Virus record (IMG/VR): IMGVR_UViG_3300017722_005389
Strand: one strand, 5' to 3'
DNA from: a virus
Taxonomy: Duplodnaviria; Caudoviricetes
Length of the DNA stretch: 64,000 nucleotides
Shown: positions 49,510 to 59,450 of the stretch, piece by piece
Position numbering within the stretch: the stretch's first letter is position 1
How the letters are laid out: every line of letters starts with the position of its first letter
Position numbers and translations under genes: made by a program
Notes under the pieces: model-generated
Told to the model about the DNA's origin: nothing
Database searches by the model: none
Seen by the model: the letters and a program-made list of their open reading frames with translations, nothing else

Positions 49510-49613
49510 ATAAATATCTATAATCTATAAGCAAATCTTATTAATTGTAATAAAAACTTTCTCTTTTATTGAGAATAGCTTAAATTAAATATGAACAAAA
49601 ATATTTATAAATA
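49510..49613. promoter_or_regulatory. Divergent promoter region
   Basis: Minus-strand TATTTAT at 49510-49516 faces NUDIX; palindromic TATTTATAAATA at 49602-49613 faces the baseplate gene. Confidence 0.5.
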
Positions 49614-49620
49614 AAGTTTT

Positions 49621-51444
49621 ATGCAAAAGAAGATAAATTATTATACAAGAGATTTTAATGGTATAAGAAGTGAACTTATAAATTTCACCAAAAAACATTT
49701 TCCAACTACCTATACAGAGTTTGATGATGCTTCAATCGGTATGTTACTTATCGAATTGAATGCTGCAGTTGCGGATATGCTTTCTTTTAATATTGATAGG
49801 GTAGCTCAAGAGAATTTGCTTGAACATGCTCAAGAAAAAAGATCATTGATGTCTTTAGCAAGAACTTATGGATTAAAGATTCCTTTCAAAAGACCTTCTA
49901 TTACTATTTGTGATTTTTCTGTTGAAGTCCCTGTTAATGGAGATTCATTTGATTTAACATATGCACCATTTTTATCTAGAGGGGCACAAGTAATTGGTGG
50001 TGGTCAAAAATTTGAATCTTTGAACGATATAGACTTTTCATCACCATTTTCAGCAAACGGAACTCCTAATAGAATTATAATCCCAAATGTAGATAACACT
50101 GGAGACATTTCATCATATACTTTGAAAAAACGTGAATTGGTAGTCGCAGGTGAAACCAAGTTTTATAAAAGAGTTATCAGTTCTGCAGACTCAGTTCCAT
50201 TTTTAGAGATTGATTTGCCAGATAATGATATTTTATCAGTTGATTCAGTAATTTCTTTAGATGGCACAGATTATCAAAGGAACCCAACTTTATCAGAGCA
50301 AGTAAACCCAAATAATCTTTGGTATTCGGTAGAATCTTTAGCTGAAAGCAAAATTTTTATTGAGCAACCATTACTTTCTTCAGACAAACCAGGAGTTTTA
50401 GTTGGAAAATGGGAATATATCTCAAGAAGGTTTATGTATGAATTTTCTGATAGAGGATATGTAACAGTGAGATTTGGAAATGGGGTTCAAGATACATCTG
50501 CATCAAGTCAATATCTTACAAATTCAGATATATTTTTAGAACAAATTCAGAATTATGTGTTAGATAACTCACTAGGAGATATTCCAAAAGCAAATTCTAC
50601 ATTATTTTTAAAATATCGTGTAGGTGGAGGTGCCTCAAGTAATATAGGTATTAACACTTTGACAAGTTTAGGCATTTACAATATCTTTGTACCAGGACAA
50701 AATCCGACTATTAATCAAAGGGTGAAAAATTCTTTGAAGGTAAATAACCCTTTACCTGCTTTTGGAGGTTCAGACCAGCCTTCTATTGAAGAAATGAGAA
50801 ATATTATAAGATATAATTTTGCAGCACAAAACAGATGTGTAACTTTAAAAGATTATTATAGTAGAATTTATCAAATGGGTGGTAAATTTGGTGTGCCTTA
50901 TAAGGCTGCCGTTGCGAAAGTTAATAATAAAGTAGAAATTTCAATATTAGGTATTGATGCGAATGGAAAATTGACCAATAGCTCAACAAGTACTATGAAA
51001 GAAAACATTTCAACTTATTTGGAGAAATACAAACTTCCAAATGACTATGTTTCTGTTAAAGATGGAAAAATTCTTAATATCGCATTTGAATTTGATTTAT
51101 TCGCAGATCCGAATTTCAATAGAAACGAGATAGCTTCTGAAGTGATAAATGCTACCAACAAATATATACAAGAACAAAAACTGATAATGGGGCAAGACAT
51201 TTACTTGTCACAACTCATCGAAATTGTAAATAATATTGGGGGTGTATTAAATGTTATCAGTTTTAGAATTTACAATAAAGTAGGTCAAGGTATTTATTCA
51301 TTGAATCGAACAGGTCAACCATTATCAGATGCTGCTACTGGAGAAATTAATCTTCTTGGGCAGAATGCGATTTTTTCACAATATGATGAAATTTTCGAAA
51401 TAAAATATCCTGAAAAAGATATAAGAGTAAGATTCTCCGCATAA
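49621..51444 (+). CDS. Baseplate wedge protein (T4 gp6 / baseplate J-like)
   Basis: Y.TRDF..IR.ELI, V.FGNG, Y.VGGG..SN, GG.D.PSIEE.R and QNRCVT..DY motifs. Confidence 0.9.
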   Translation: MQKKINYYTRDFNGIRSELINFTKKHFPTTYTEFDDASIGMLLIELNAAVADMLSFNIDRVAQENLLEHAQEKRSLMSLARTYGLKIPFKRPSITICDFSVEVPVNGDSFDLTYAPFLSRGAQVIGGGQKFESLNDIDFSSPFSANGTPNRIIIPNVDNTGDISSYTLKKRELVVAGETKFYKRVISSADSVPFLEIDLPDNDILSVDSVISLDGTDYQRNPTLSEQVNPNNLWYSVESLAESKIFIEQPLLSSDKPGVLVGKWEYISRRFMYEFSDRGYVTVRFGNGVQDTSASSQYLTNSDIFLEQIQNYVLDNSLGDIPKANSTLFLKYRVGGGASSNIGINTLTSLGIYNIFVPGQNPTINQRVKNSLKVNNPLPAFGGSDQPSIEEMRNIIRYNFAAQNRCVTLKDYYSRIYQMGGKFGVPYKAAVAKVNNKVEISILGIDANGKLTNSSTSTMKENISTYLEKYKLPNDYVSVKDGKILNIAFEFDLFADPNFNRNEIASEVINATNKYIQEQKLIMGQDIYLSQLIEIVNNIGGVLNVISFRIYNKVGQGIYSLNRTGQPLSDAATGEINLLGQNAIFSQYDEIFEIKYPEKDIRVRFSA

Positions 51445-51452
51445 AAAAATTT

Positions 51453-51478
51453 AACCTCCTTTCAAAAGGAGGTTTTTT
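51453..51478 (+). terminator. Intrinsic terminator
   Basis: AACCTCCTTT-CA-AAAGGAGGTT followed by a T run. Confidence 0.75.
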
Positions 51479-51536
51479 GTTTTCTTATGAAAAACATTAT
51501 ATTAAAGAAAAAAATAAAAATCAATATTTATTCAAA

Positions 51537-51806
51537 ATGGGATGTTGCAATAAAACTACTGACAATAAATTAAATCAAACTCAAAAACGAATTGAAAATT
51601 TTGAAATTAAACATGAATTACCCAAAGAAGCACTTTTTAGCGGAAAGTTAGGTAGATTATTTTATTTTTTAATATTATTAACTATTGCTTTGACACCTAT
51701 CATCAATTTAGCTGCTATTTATGTGTTTTTTATTGCAGTTTTTGGTAAAAATATTAATAAAAAAGTTTTAAATGCAAAGAAATATCAGGATTCGAACGAA
51801 GCCTAA
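51537..51806 (+). CDS. Small membrane protein (89 aa)
   Basis: Starts MGCCNK, 5 nt after TATTTAT (51525-51531); hydrophobic segment LFYFLILLTIALTPIINLAAIYVFFIAVF. Confidence 0.65.
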   Translation: MGCCNKTTDNKLNQTQKRIENFEIKHELPKEALFSGKLGRLFYFLILLTIALTPIINLAAIYVFFIAVFGKNINKKVLNAKKYQDSNEA

Positions 51807-54800
51807 TGATGGCGATAAATATGTAAAGATAAAAATTGATCAATCATTTGATTTTTTAGAAATTCTGTCTTTAAAATTAACGCAAGCAGAAGTATACCGT
51901 AAATTTGCATCAAATTATGGTGCAATTGTAGGTAGGGTAATTGCTAATGGTGGGTTTGGAGTTCCAAATGCAAAGGTTTCTGTGTTTATTCCAATAGATG
52001 ATAATGAACCTAACGAAATCATAAAGGACATATATCCATACAAAAAATTAAAAGATACAAATGCTGATGGTGTAAGATACAATCTTCTACCTGATGATAA
52101 ACAAGGTGAATGTCATACACCTATAGGAACATTTCCAAGTAAAAGAAAAGTTCTTGATAATGATATTTGGCTTGAAATATATGAAAAATATTATAAGTTC
52201 ACTACAACTACTAATTCAGCTGGTGATTATATGATATTTGGTGTACCTATTGGAACACAAAATATGCACATGGATGTAGACATAAGTGATATGGATTTTC
52301 TATCATTAAAACCATATGATTTAATAGAACAAGGTTACAATCCAAATTTATTTGAATCTAGAACTATATATAAAGATGGCGTTAATCTAGGGTCATTAGT
52401 TCAAGTTCAATCAAAAGATTATGCATTAAATGTGATTCCATTTTGGGGAGATTTGGAGGAAGGTGAAGTTGGTGTAAATAGAGTTGATTTTAATTTAGAC
52501 TTGGAAATTGTTCCAAATGCAGTATTTTTTGGTTCAATATTTTCGGATTCAAAGAAATCCTCAGTTAGAAAAAAATGTGGTGTAAGAAAGGGTGTTGGTA
52601 GAAATTGTGATTTATCGACAGGTGTTGGTAGAATCGAAATGTTGAGAAGGGTTTTACCAAATTCTAATGAAACTGAAATAATTGAAGGCGAAGCAAAAAA
52701 TATAGATGAAAACGGAAATTGGGCGTTTACGGTTCCAATGAATTTAGAAAGAGTTGTTACTGACGAATTCGGTAATTTAGTTCCTTCAGAAGACCCAGGT
52801 GTTGGAATTGCGACAAAAGCTTCAGTTAGATTCAGAATAGGTTTAGAAGAGCATAGTGGTAGTCTTAAAAATAGAACTGCAAGTTACTTAGTTCCAAACA
52901 TGTATAATAGATTTGAATTCGGAGATGATACTCCTGATTTCGAGTTTTTTGAAATGCGTTGGAAAAAGGTATATACAGTTACAAACTACATACCAAGATA
53001 TCAAAGAAATGACGATACTGCAAATACAAAACTATTTACAGGAATAAAAGATGTAGGAGAATGTGAAAATACTTCGCCATTCCCCTTTAATAGAGTATCA
53101 ATTGCACCAACATTTTTCTTTGGAATTTTGTGTTTAATAATAAATCTATTTGCTTTAATTTTGGAAATTATAAACTTCATACTTGAAATTATAATTTTCC
53201 AATTAGTAATAAGGTTTATTTGCTTTGTAATGCACCCTTTTAGTAGGGGTAGACAAGGTGCTTGTAGATGTAAAGGATGTTATGATACTGAAAACTTTTT
53301 AAGAACAGGACCAGACTTTATTCCCGATGGATGGGTTGCTTCAAATTGTAACATTTGTGTAGATTGTGCAATTTGTTATGATGGTGGAAATGAAGGTGCT
53401 ACCACATACGCATTAAAAGAATCAATAACACTGTATCCATCATATATAGATCCCATTTCTATAGTACAAGGAACAGGAGCTACTCCATCAACCACATTTT
53501 CACCTGTGAGTATTGCAGGATCAGATTCATTTGAAATTATAACTGATGTTTCAGGGAATATATCTTCAATTAAAATATTAAATCAGGGAATTTTAGTATT
53601 AGCCCCATTTTATAGTTTAACAATTCCTAACGGTGCTTTAGGTGTAGGTTCATCAGGATATAGTTTTACACTTACTGTAGGAAATATAATTATTATAAGT
53701 CAAGATACAAGTTCAACAAATGGGACTTACAATAATTTAGTAGAACCATCAAGTTATACTTATGGCACAGGAAGTGGAAATGGTTTAGAATTCGATTTAG
53801 TTATTTCTGGAGGTATTATAGATTCAATAACTATTGCCGTAGGCGAAGGTGGAGTCGGATATACTTATTATGATTTAGCAAGTCCTACTGCTGAAAATTT
53901 TAATATACTTCCAGGTGTCATTGGGACAAACAAGAGTTTTGCTTTTCATGTATCAGCATTTAATACCATGCAAAGTATTAACTATTCATCAGGGGGATCA
54001 TATTCCGTTGATTGTACTAATATTGATCTAGCTCAAGATTGTATAAATCAATGTCAAACGTGTCCACTCACTTTATATAGATTTGAATGTAATGGCGTAC
54101 CATTTGATGATATACTTGGTTGGGTAAGATGTGTCAATGAAAATATTGCAGAGGAATCAGGGATAGTAAAATATAATTTCTACAATGATTGGGTCATTGG
54201 TTCATTATATTCATTTTTATTTGATTATAAAGTTAAATTTAAAAAGAAAGGTAAGTCCTTTGAAAAATTTTGTGATTTCAATTGTAGAGATTATGGCGAA
54301 TCAGTACCACCTATAAATGACCCTGATTATCCACGTAGAAAAAACAGATGTTATACTGCAATTATTGCAGAAGAAAGAATTTTTAACGGTACGCCTTCTT
54401 CACCAGGAGACTGTTCATATGGAAACCATTTCGTTGAATATGTAACAAATCCCCCTCTTACAACACCTAATCATGGACTTATAGTTGAATATGAAGATAA
54501 TTTATACTATTCTGCAAGATATGATGTAGAAATGAATACTGCAGATCCTACATCAAATAGTTTAGATGTATGCAGAAAATATCTATTATTATTTGCCACA
54601 AATATTATTGAACTCGGAAGCATGGTATCGTGTGATTTAGATGGAGAACCATATTTAGTAGACAGGCTAGAAGCGACTTCATATCAAAAAGATGATGGAA
54701 CTGGAACTATAGTAGATTTCTTAGATTGCTTTACAGCATGCCCTATAAATAGAAATGGTATACAATTGATGTCTCAAACAGGTTTAGAAATTGCATTTGC

Positions 54801-55254
54801 AACGGCTGACAGCGCAAATTCTCCATTACTTGTAGGTGATGATGGTGAAATATATACAATAATTGGAACAGAATCTGCGATACCTGATTATGATGGGAAT
54901 AGTAACGTTATAATTTTTGATAGAGATGATATAATTCTCAGAAGAAAATTGTGTGAAAATTTTAAGTATTATAATACTGTTGGAGTATACTCTTCAAGTA
55001 CTCATCCTACAAATCTTATAACAGATTCTTATCTAGAAGAATCTGCCATTTCCCCAGACTCTGGAGAAGTCTTAGAATTTACAATTGATACATGTGCTGG
55101 ATTTGATGACAACGATCAAAATTTTTGCTTTGGTCCTGCTCTTGAAGGTCCTGCAAGAAGAATGCACCCATATTACACGTATTTTGGCATAAGACAAGGA
55201 CAGACTTCTTTAGATAAACTAAGAAAATTTTATTTTGATAGATGTATTGATTAA
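51772..55254 (+). CDS. Large Cys-rich tail/baseplate protein with internal hydrophobic segment
   Basis: N-terminal IVGRVIANGGFGVPNAKVSVFIP transthyretin-like domain; about 40-aa hydrophobic stretch; Cys clusters. Confidence 0.65.
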   Translation: MQRNIRIRTKPNDGDKYVKIKIDQSFDFLEILSLKLTQAEVYRKFASNYGAIVGRVIANGGFGVPNAKVSVFIPIDDNEPNEIIKDIYPYKKLKDTNADGVRYNLLPDDKQGECHTPIGTFPSKRKVLDNDIWLEIYEKYYKFTTTTNSAGDYMIFGVPIGTQNMHMDVDISDMDFLSLKPYDLIEQGYNPNLFESRTIYKDGVNLGSLVQVQSKDYALNVIPFWGDLEEGEVGVNRVDFNLDLEIVPNAVFFGSIFSDSKKSSVRKKCGVRKGVGRNCDLSTGVGRIEMLRRVLPNSNETEIIEGEAKNIDENGNWAFTVPMNLERVVTDEFGNLVPSEDPGVGIATKASVRFRIGLEEHSGSLKNRTASYLVPNMYNRFEFGDDTPDFEFFEMRWKKVYTVTNYIPRYQRNDDTANTKLFTGIKDVGECENTSPFPFNRVSIAPTFFFGILCLIINLFALILEIINFILEIIIFQLVIRFICFVMHPFSRGRQGACRCKGCYDTENFLRTGPDFIPDGWVASNCNICVDCAICYDGGNEGATTYALKESITLYPSYIDPISIVQGTGATPSTTFSPVSIAGSDSFEIITDVSGNISSIKILNQGILVLAPFYSLTIPNGALGVGSSGYSFTLTVGNIIIISQDTSSTNGTYNNLVEPSSYTYGTGSGNGLEFDLVISGGIIDSITIAVGEGGVGYTYYDLASPTAENFNILPGVIGTNKSFAFHVSAFNTMQSINYSSGGSYSVDCTNIDLAQDCINQCQTCPLTLYRFECNGVPFDDILGWVRCVNENIAEESGIVKYNFYNDWVIGSLYSFLFDYKVKFKKKGKSFEKFCDFNCRDYGESVPPINDPDYPRRKNRCYTAIIAEERIFNGTPSSPGDCSYGNHFVEYVTNPPLTTPNHGLIVEYEDNLYYSARYDVEMNTADPTSNSLDVCRKYLLLFATNIIELGSMVSCDLDGEPYLVDRLEATSYQKDDGTGTIVDFLDCFTACPINRNGIQLMSQTGLEIAFATADSANSPLLVGDDGEIYTIIGTESAIPDYDGNSNVIIFDRDDIILRRKLCENFKYYNTVGVYSSSTHPTNLITDSYLEESAISPDSGEVLEFTIDTCAGFDDNDQNFCFGPALEGPARRMHPYYTYFGIRQGQTSLDKLRKFYFDRCID

Positions 55255-55256
55255 CT

Positions 55257-56882
55257 ATGGATAGAAATGAAAGAGTTGTTTTAAATGAATTTAAATCTAA
55301 GGAACAGAATAATACCAATATTACTCTTAAACAAGATTTTATAAATTCACATAATCTTATTCCAATAGAACCTTTGGAAGAAGAGGTAGACATTTCTGCA
55401 ATCTTTATGAATGAAAGAGATACTTCTAATTGTTATAGATTTCTTGGAAATATAAATACTGTTGCTTCAAATGTTCTTTTCAATTGGAATGGTGCCAATT
55501 CATATGAAACCATATTAGGTCTTATGGATTATGATAGCGGAGATCCAGAATCAACTGATGAATACGTTTTTACTCAAAATGAAATTTTAAAAGAAAAAAA
55601 TGGATGGTTTTACTATCTTGCTTCAGGTGAAAGTGTATGCCAAAAAAGTTTTTTAGAACCTGTTCCAGACAGATTTTATCCATTGAATGCTTCAGGTGAT
55701 ACAAATTGGAATGTTTGGCTAACATACCCAAAATATACAGACTTAATCCCATTAACATTCAATCAAGTTGATATTCAAGATGGAATTGCAGTTTACTCTG
55801 GAACTACCATAACAATTGATAATAGGCAAATGACTGCATTTATTTGTTCGATAAATCATGGATTAAGTGTCGGTGATGAAATTGCCATTAGAAGTAATCC
55901 GATCCTTCCAGCAACTAATACAGGTTATGAAGGAATATTTAGTATTTATGAGTTAGGATTTGGAGATGGGACTTATTTATCTAACACTTTTATAATAGAT
56001 TATGTGATTCCTAGCGGTATTACTGCAGGGCTTTTTTCGAATACTAGAACATCTTTCAAAAGAAGAGTTGAAGGGTATGAATCAGAATATCACGGAAGAT
56101 GGTTTGAAAAAATATCTAAGCAATCTGAATTAGAACTTTATAACACAGCATTTGCTACAAATATTTATAGAGATCCAATATATTCATATATTTTTAATAA
56201 AGAATATGATACAAACTTATATAGAGATTATTTAGGCAGACCTTTAACAGAAATTTATGTTACGGTTGTTAAAAAACAGGATATTTATAACAACCAACCA
56301 TTTTGGACTTCATTAGAAAGCGGTTTAAAAACAGTTATAACAAATTCTGAATATGATATCAATACAATAAATTCAGTAACTAATAATGATTCAATTGAAA
56401 ATAATTTATATTCAAATACGATTAGTTTCTTTGGAGATATAATTGAATATAATCCAGTTAGTCAAACTGAAAACGTTTTAGAGGTAGCATATCATAGATT
56501 TAATACCACAAATCGAGAGAATTACAATTTTTTAGAAGGATATTATTATAAACCACATTATAAACAACAAATAAGAAAATTTTCAGACTATGTTGAAGTT
56601 AGTACAAATGAAAACGATGATATTCCAGACTACGCAAGCGATCTCGGAGATGGGAGAAAAATTTGGAGAGATGTTTTGCCCAATGATTTTAGTAACACTG
56701 ACAATATTCCATTTTTGAATGGATGTCATTATATTTATAATAACATAATTTTAACAATTCAACGTCAAGATCCATGTAATATTTATAATTCACCAAATGT
56801 AACATTGGTTGAAGGTATTTGTGATGTTGAAATCCTTCAACAATTCGAACAAACAACACCTTCAAATAACTTCTGCGAATAA
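55257..56882 (+). CDS. Putative structural (tail) protein
   Basis: 541 aa in the coupled tail operon; EGY.YKPHY motif. Confidence 0.6.
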   Translation: MDRNERVVLNEFKSKEQNNTNITLKQDFINSHNLIPIEPLEEEVDISAIFMNERDTSNCYRFLGNINTVASNVLFNWNGANSYETILGLMDYDSGDPESTDEYVFTQNEILKEKNGWFYYLASGESVCQKSFLEPVPDRFYPLNASGDTNWNVWLTYPKYTDLIPLTFNQVDIQDGIAVYSGTTITIDNRQMTAFICSINHGLSVGDEIAIRSNPILPATNTGYEGIFSIYELGFGDGTYLSNTFIIDYVIPSGITAGLFSNTRTSFKRRVEGYESEYHGRWFEKISKQSELELYNTAFATNIYRDPIYSYIFNKEYDTNLYRDYLGRPLTEIYVTVVKKQDIYNNQPFWTSLESGLKTVITNSEYDINTINSVTNNDSIENNLYSNTISFFGDIIEYNPVSQTENVLEVAYHRFNTTNRENYNFLEGYYYKPHYKQQIRKFSDYVEVSTNENDDIPDYASDLGDGRKIWRDVLPNDFSNTDNIPFLNGCHYIYNNIILTIQRQDPCNIYNSPNVTLVEGICDVEILQQFEQTTPSNNFCE

Positions 56883-57661
56883 TGGAAAAGATAACGTTGA
56901 ATATAAATACTTTGGGTGAAACAGGCAATTATATAAAAATTCCTATTAACAATTTTTTCATTCCTATGGATAATGATGAAGTTGTTCAAAATGAATTTAT
57001 TCCTGATGCTGTTATAGAAGGACTGAATCCCATTGAAGACTATGAAAAGAAACGATTTTTACCTTGGAATGGTATAACTCAATTAATTATAAGATTAAAA
57101 CAATCTGGATCAACACCTCTTCACTATGATGATTTTGGTTATTCTTATGATGATTTATTTTTCTTAAGAAATTCATTCAAAAATTCATTTATTAAATTAA
57201 ATTTTTATGATTCACCCGACCCTTCCAATAGAAGACTGGCATTTCAATCTATAATTTATAATCAGATAAACTCAGACCAAAGAGACCCGATAACGAAATA
57301 TCCGTTACCAATAGCTACAATGCCTATAACCTATAGAATTGTAGATCCTATAAAGGTAAAAATTGGGATTTCTGAAGGATTTTATTTGTACTGGCTTAAC
57401 AATCCACCAAACACTCAATATCCTATTAATTTTTATATGACAGCTTCATATCATAACGCTTTAGATGGTATTATTACTCCTTTGATAGCTTATGATTTTC
57501 CAAGTCTACCTATAAATCAATTTAACGCATATAATTATGTGAAATATACTTTATCAAGCATAAATGGAATTAGCCAATACCAAGTCGATATGAACAATAG
57601 AACTATATCGCAAGTAGGTTCTGACTTATACATAGATTTTTACATTCCAGATTTATTATGA
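56882..57661 (+). CDS. Putative structural protein
   Basis: 259 aa with TAATG coupling. Confidence 0.6.
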   Translation: MEKITLNINTLGETGNYIKIPINNFFIPMDNDEVVQNEFIPDAVIEGLNPIEDYEKKRFLPWNGITQLIIRLKQSGSTPLHYDDFGYSYDDLFFLRNSFKNSFIKLNFYDSPDPSNRRLAFQSIIYNQINSDQRDPITKYPLPIATMPITYRIVDPIKVKIGISEGFYLYWLNNPPNTQYPINFYMTASYHNALDGIITPLIAYDFPSLPINQFNAYNYVKYTLSSINGISQYQVDMNNRTISQVGSDLYIDFYIPDLL

Positions 57662-58503
57662 TTACAATAAAAAAAAGAATTTGCTTAGAGGACTTTTTAA
57701 ATAAGGCTTATCCAATCGTTAGACCAGGTATAAGTAAAAAACTGCTTGATCAAAACGGTTGCCCTATTCCAGAAATTCCTATTAACGCTGAAGACTATAT
57801 AAATGAAAATGAGAAGTATAACAAGATTGATAAAAGTTTTATCAATATTTTAGTGCATTTTGAGCAGACTTTTGATAACATTGGAATTTTTACAAATGAA
57901 GAATTTATACCTTCTGATGAGATTATAAATTCAGAGCCCGATTATTTCACAAGAATTTCAGGATTGAATATTGAAAATTATTATACTTTTGATGAATATT
58001 TAGTCACAGGATTCACTGAATCTCAAGTGGAAGTTGTAGCATCTTACAATGAAAACAATCCATTTATTGTAAATTTAAATGTTTCAGATACACCTTCTTC
58101 AGAGTTCACAGGTGTATTAGAATTCAAAGATTCAAGTGTGGTGTATGTTATAGGTGGAGCTTTGAATTTGGGTCAATACGTTCCAAATACAGGTATTATT
58201 TATGAAACTTTTTTAATACCAAGAATTGTTCAAAACCCTTTAACAGGTGAATATAGAGCTATAGATTTAACAACTTTCAAATATTATACAAAAGGCATTC
58301 GTAATTATAATACGGTATTACAAGCATTAATTCATGAAGAAAAATTTTTAAATATTGTATTTGAGCCAACTATAGACAATGATGTTGTTGTCGATAGAGG
58401 AACTGTTAATATAAGTGAACGACACTTAAAACTTTCAGAAATAGATTCAGTTGGTCAAATGGTAAAATATGGACAAAATTTTTTTAATGTGGTAGATAAG
58501 TAA
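57658..58503 (+). CDS. Putative structural protein
   Basis: 281 aa with ATGA coupling. Confidence 0.6.
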   Translation: MITIKKRICLEDFLNKAYPIVRPGISKKLLDQNGCPIPEIPINAEDYINENEKYNKIDKSFINILVHFEQTFDNIGIFTNEEFIPSDEIINSEPDYFTRISGLNIENYYTFDEYLVTGFTESQVEVVASYNENNPFIVNLNVSDTPSSEFTGVLEFKDSSVVYVIGGALNLGQYVPNTGIIYETFLIPRIVQNPLTGEYRAIDLTTFKYYTKGIRNYNTVLQALIHEEKFLNIVFEPTIDNDVVVDRGTVNISERHLKLSEIDSVGQMVKYGQNFFNVVDK

Positions 58504-58547
58504 TTTAAATTTTATAAAACAATATTTATATTAAATAAAAAAAGATA

Positions 58548-59450
58548 ATGGCAACAGGCGTTTTTGGTATCAAAAGAAGTGCAGACTTTAAAGTTCGTGA
58601 TTGTGAAATTTTTTACACTTACAGTCAAGATAGAACTATAAATACTACTGAAGTTTTAACATTAAATCCCAATCAGATTATTCAGAAAATTGATGACCCT
58701 AATGATGCAGGAACAATATTAGGAGGACTATATAATTTAACTTTACCTACAGCAATTTTCAATAAAAAAGGTATATATAATATTTATATTAGACCTAAAA
58801 GAATAAGAACCAGAATTCTCGATTGCGGTGTTCTTTCATCAAAACCTGATATCAGAGGTGTTTTGTTTGATTTAACAACTGTGAGTTCAGAAGATGTGTC
58901 AAAGTTTGAAAATGGGGGTCTTATTGGATATAGAATTGAATACATTGCAACCAATCCTACAACTGATGAGAAAAAAGTGCAAAATTTGTTTAGAATAATA
59001 ACTTCAAACAATAAAGTTGAACCTGTTAGTGAAAATCTTAATAATACCACTCAAAAAGGAGTAAAATATAGATTGAATGACAATAGTTCTTTAGTATTCT
59101 GCACGGTAACACCATCTTCTGCACCTTCTGTAAAACCGAATGCTGTTCCATTCATAGGATTGCCAAATCAAGAGGTATTCATCATACCAACATTTTTTGA
59201 TCCTGTTCATTTAGAAATTGAATTAGTTGAACATGATTTTGATACTTTGGCAATTGGATTGTATGGTAATCAATCTAAATCTGTTGCGGATGGAGTTAGA
59301 ACTTATTATAACGATGATAACGAAATTTATAAGCAGTTTACAGAATATGTGATTAAAGATGATGTAACTGAAGAAAAACTTTACGAAGTAAAACAAGAAA
59401 AAGATAATATAGATTTTTCAAAAGATTTTAATACAATTTCTAACATATAA
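58548..59450 (+). CDS. Putative structural protein
   Basis: 300 aa; TATTTAT at 58523-58529. Confidence 0.65.
   Translation: MATGVFGIKRSADFKVRDCEIFYTYSQDRTINTTEVLTLNPNQIIQKIDDPNDAGTILGGLYNLTLPTAIFNKKGIYNIYIRPKRIRTRILDCGVLSSKPDIRGVLFDLTTVSSEDVSKFENGGLIGYRIEYIATNPTTDEKKVQNLFRIITSNNKVEPVSENLNNTTQKGVKYRLNDNSSLVFCTVTPSSAPSVKPNAVPFIGLPNQEVFIIPTFFDPVHLEIELVEHDFDTLAIGLYGNQSKSVADGVRTYYNDDNEIYKQFTEYVIKDDVTEEKLYEVKQEKDNIDFSKDFNTISNI

Noticed and set aside
54327-54335. TTATCCACG, a DnaA-box-like sequence and partial parS half-site
   Set aside because: Single, mismatched, and inside a coding region.
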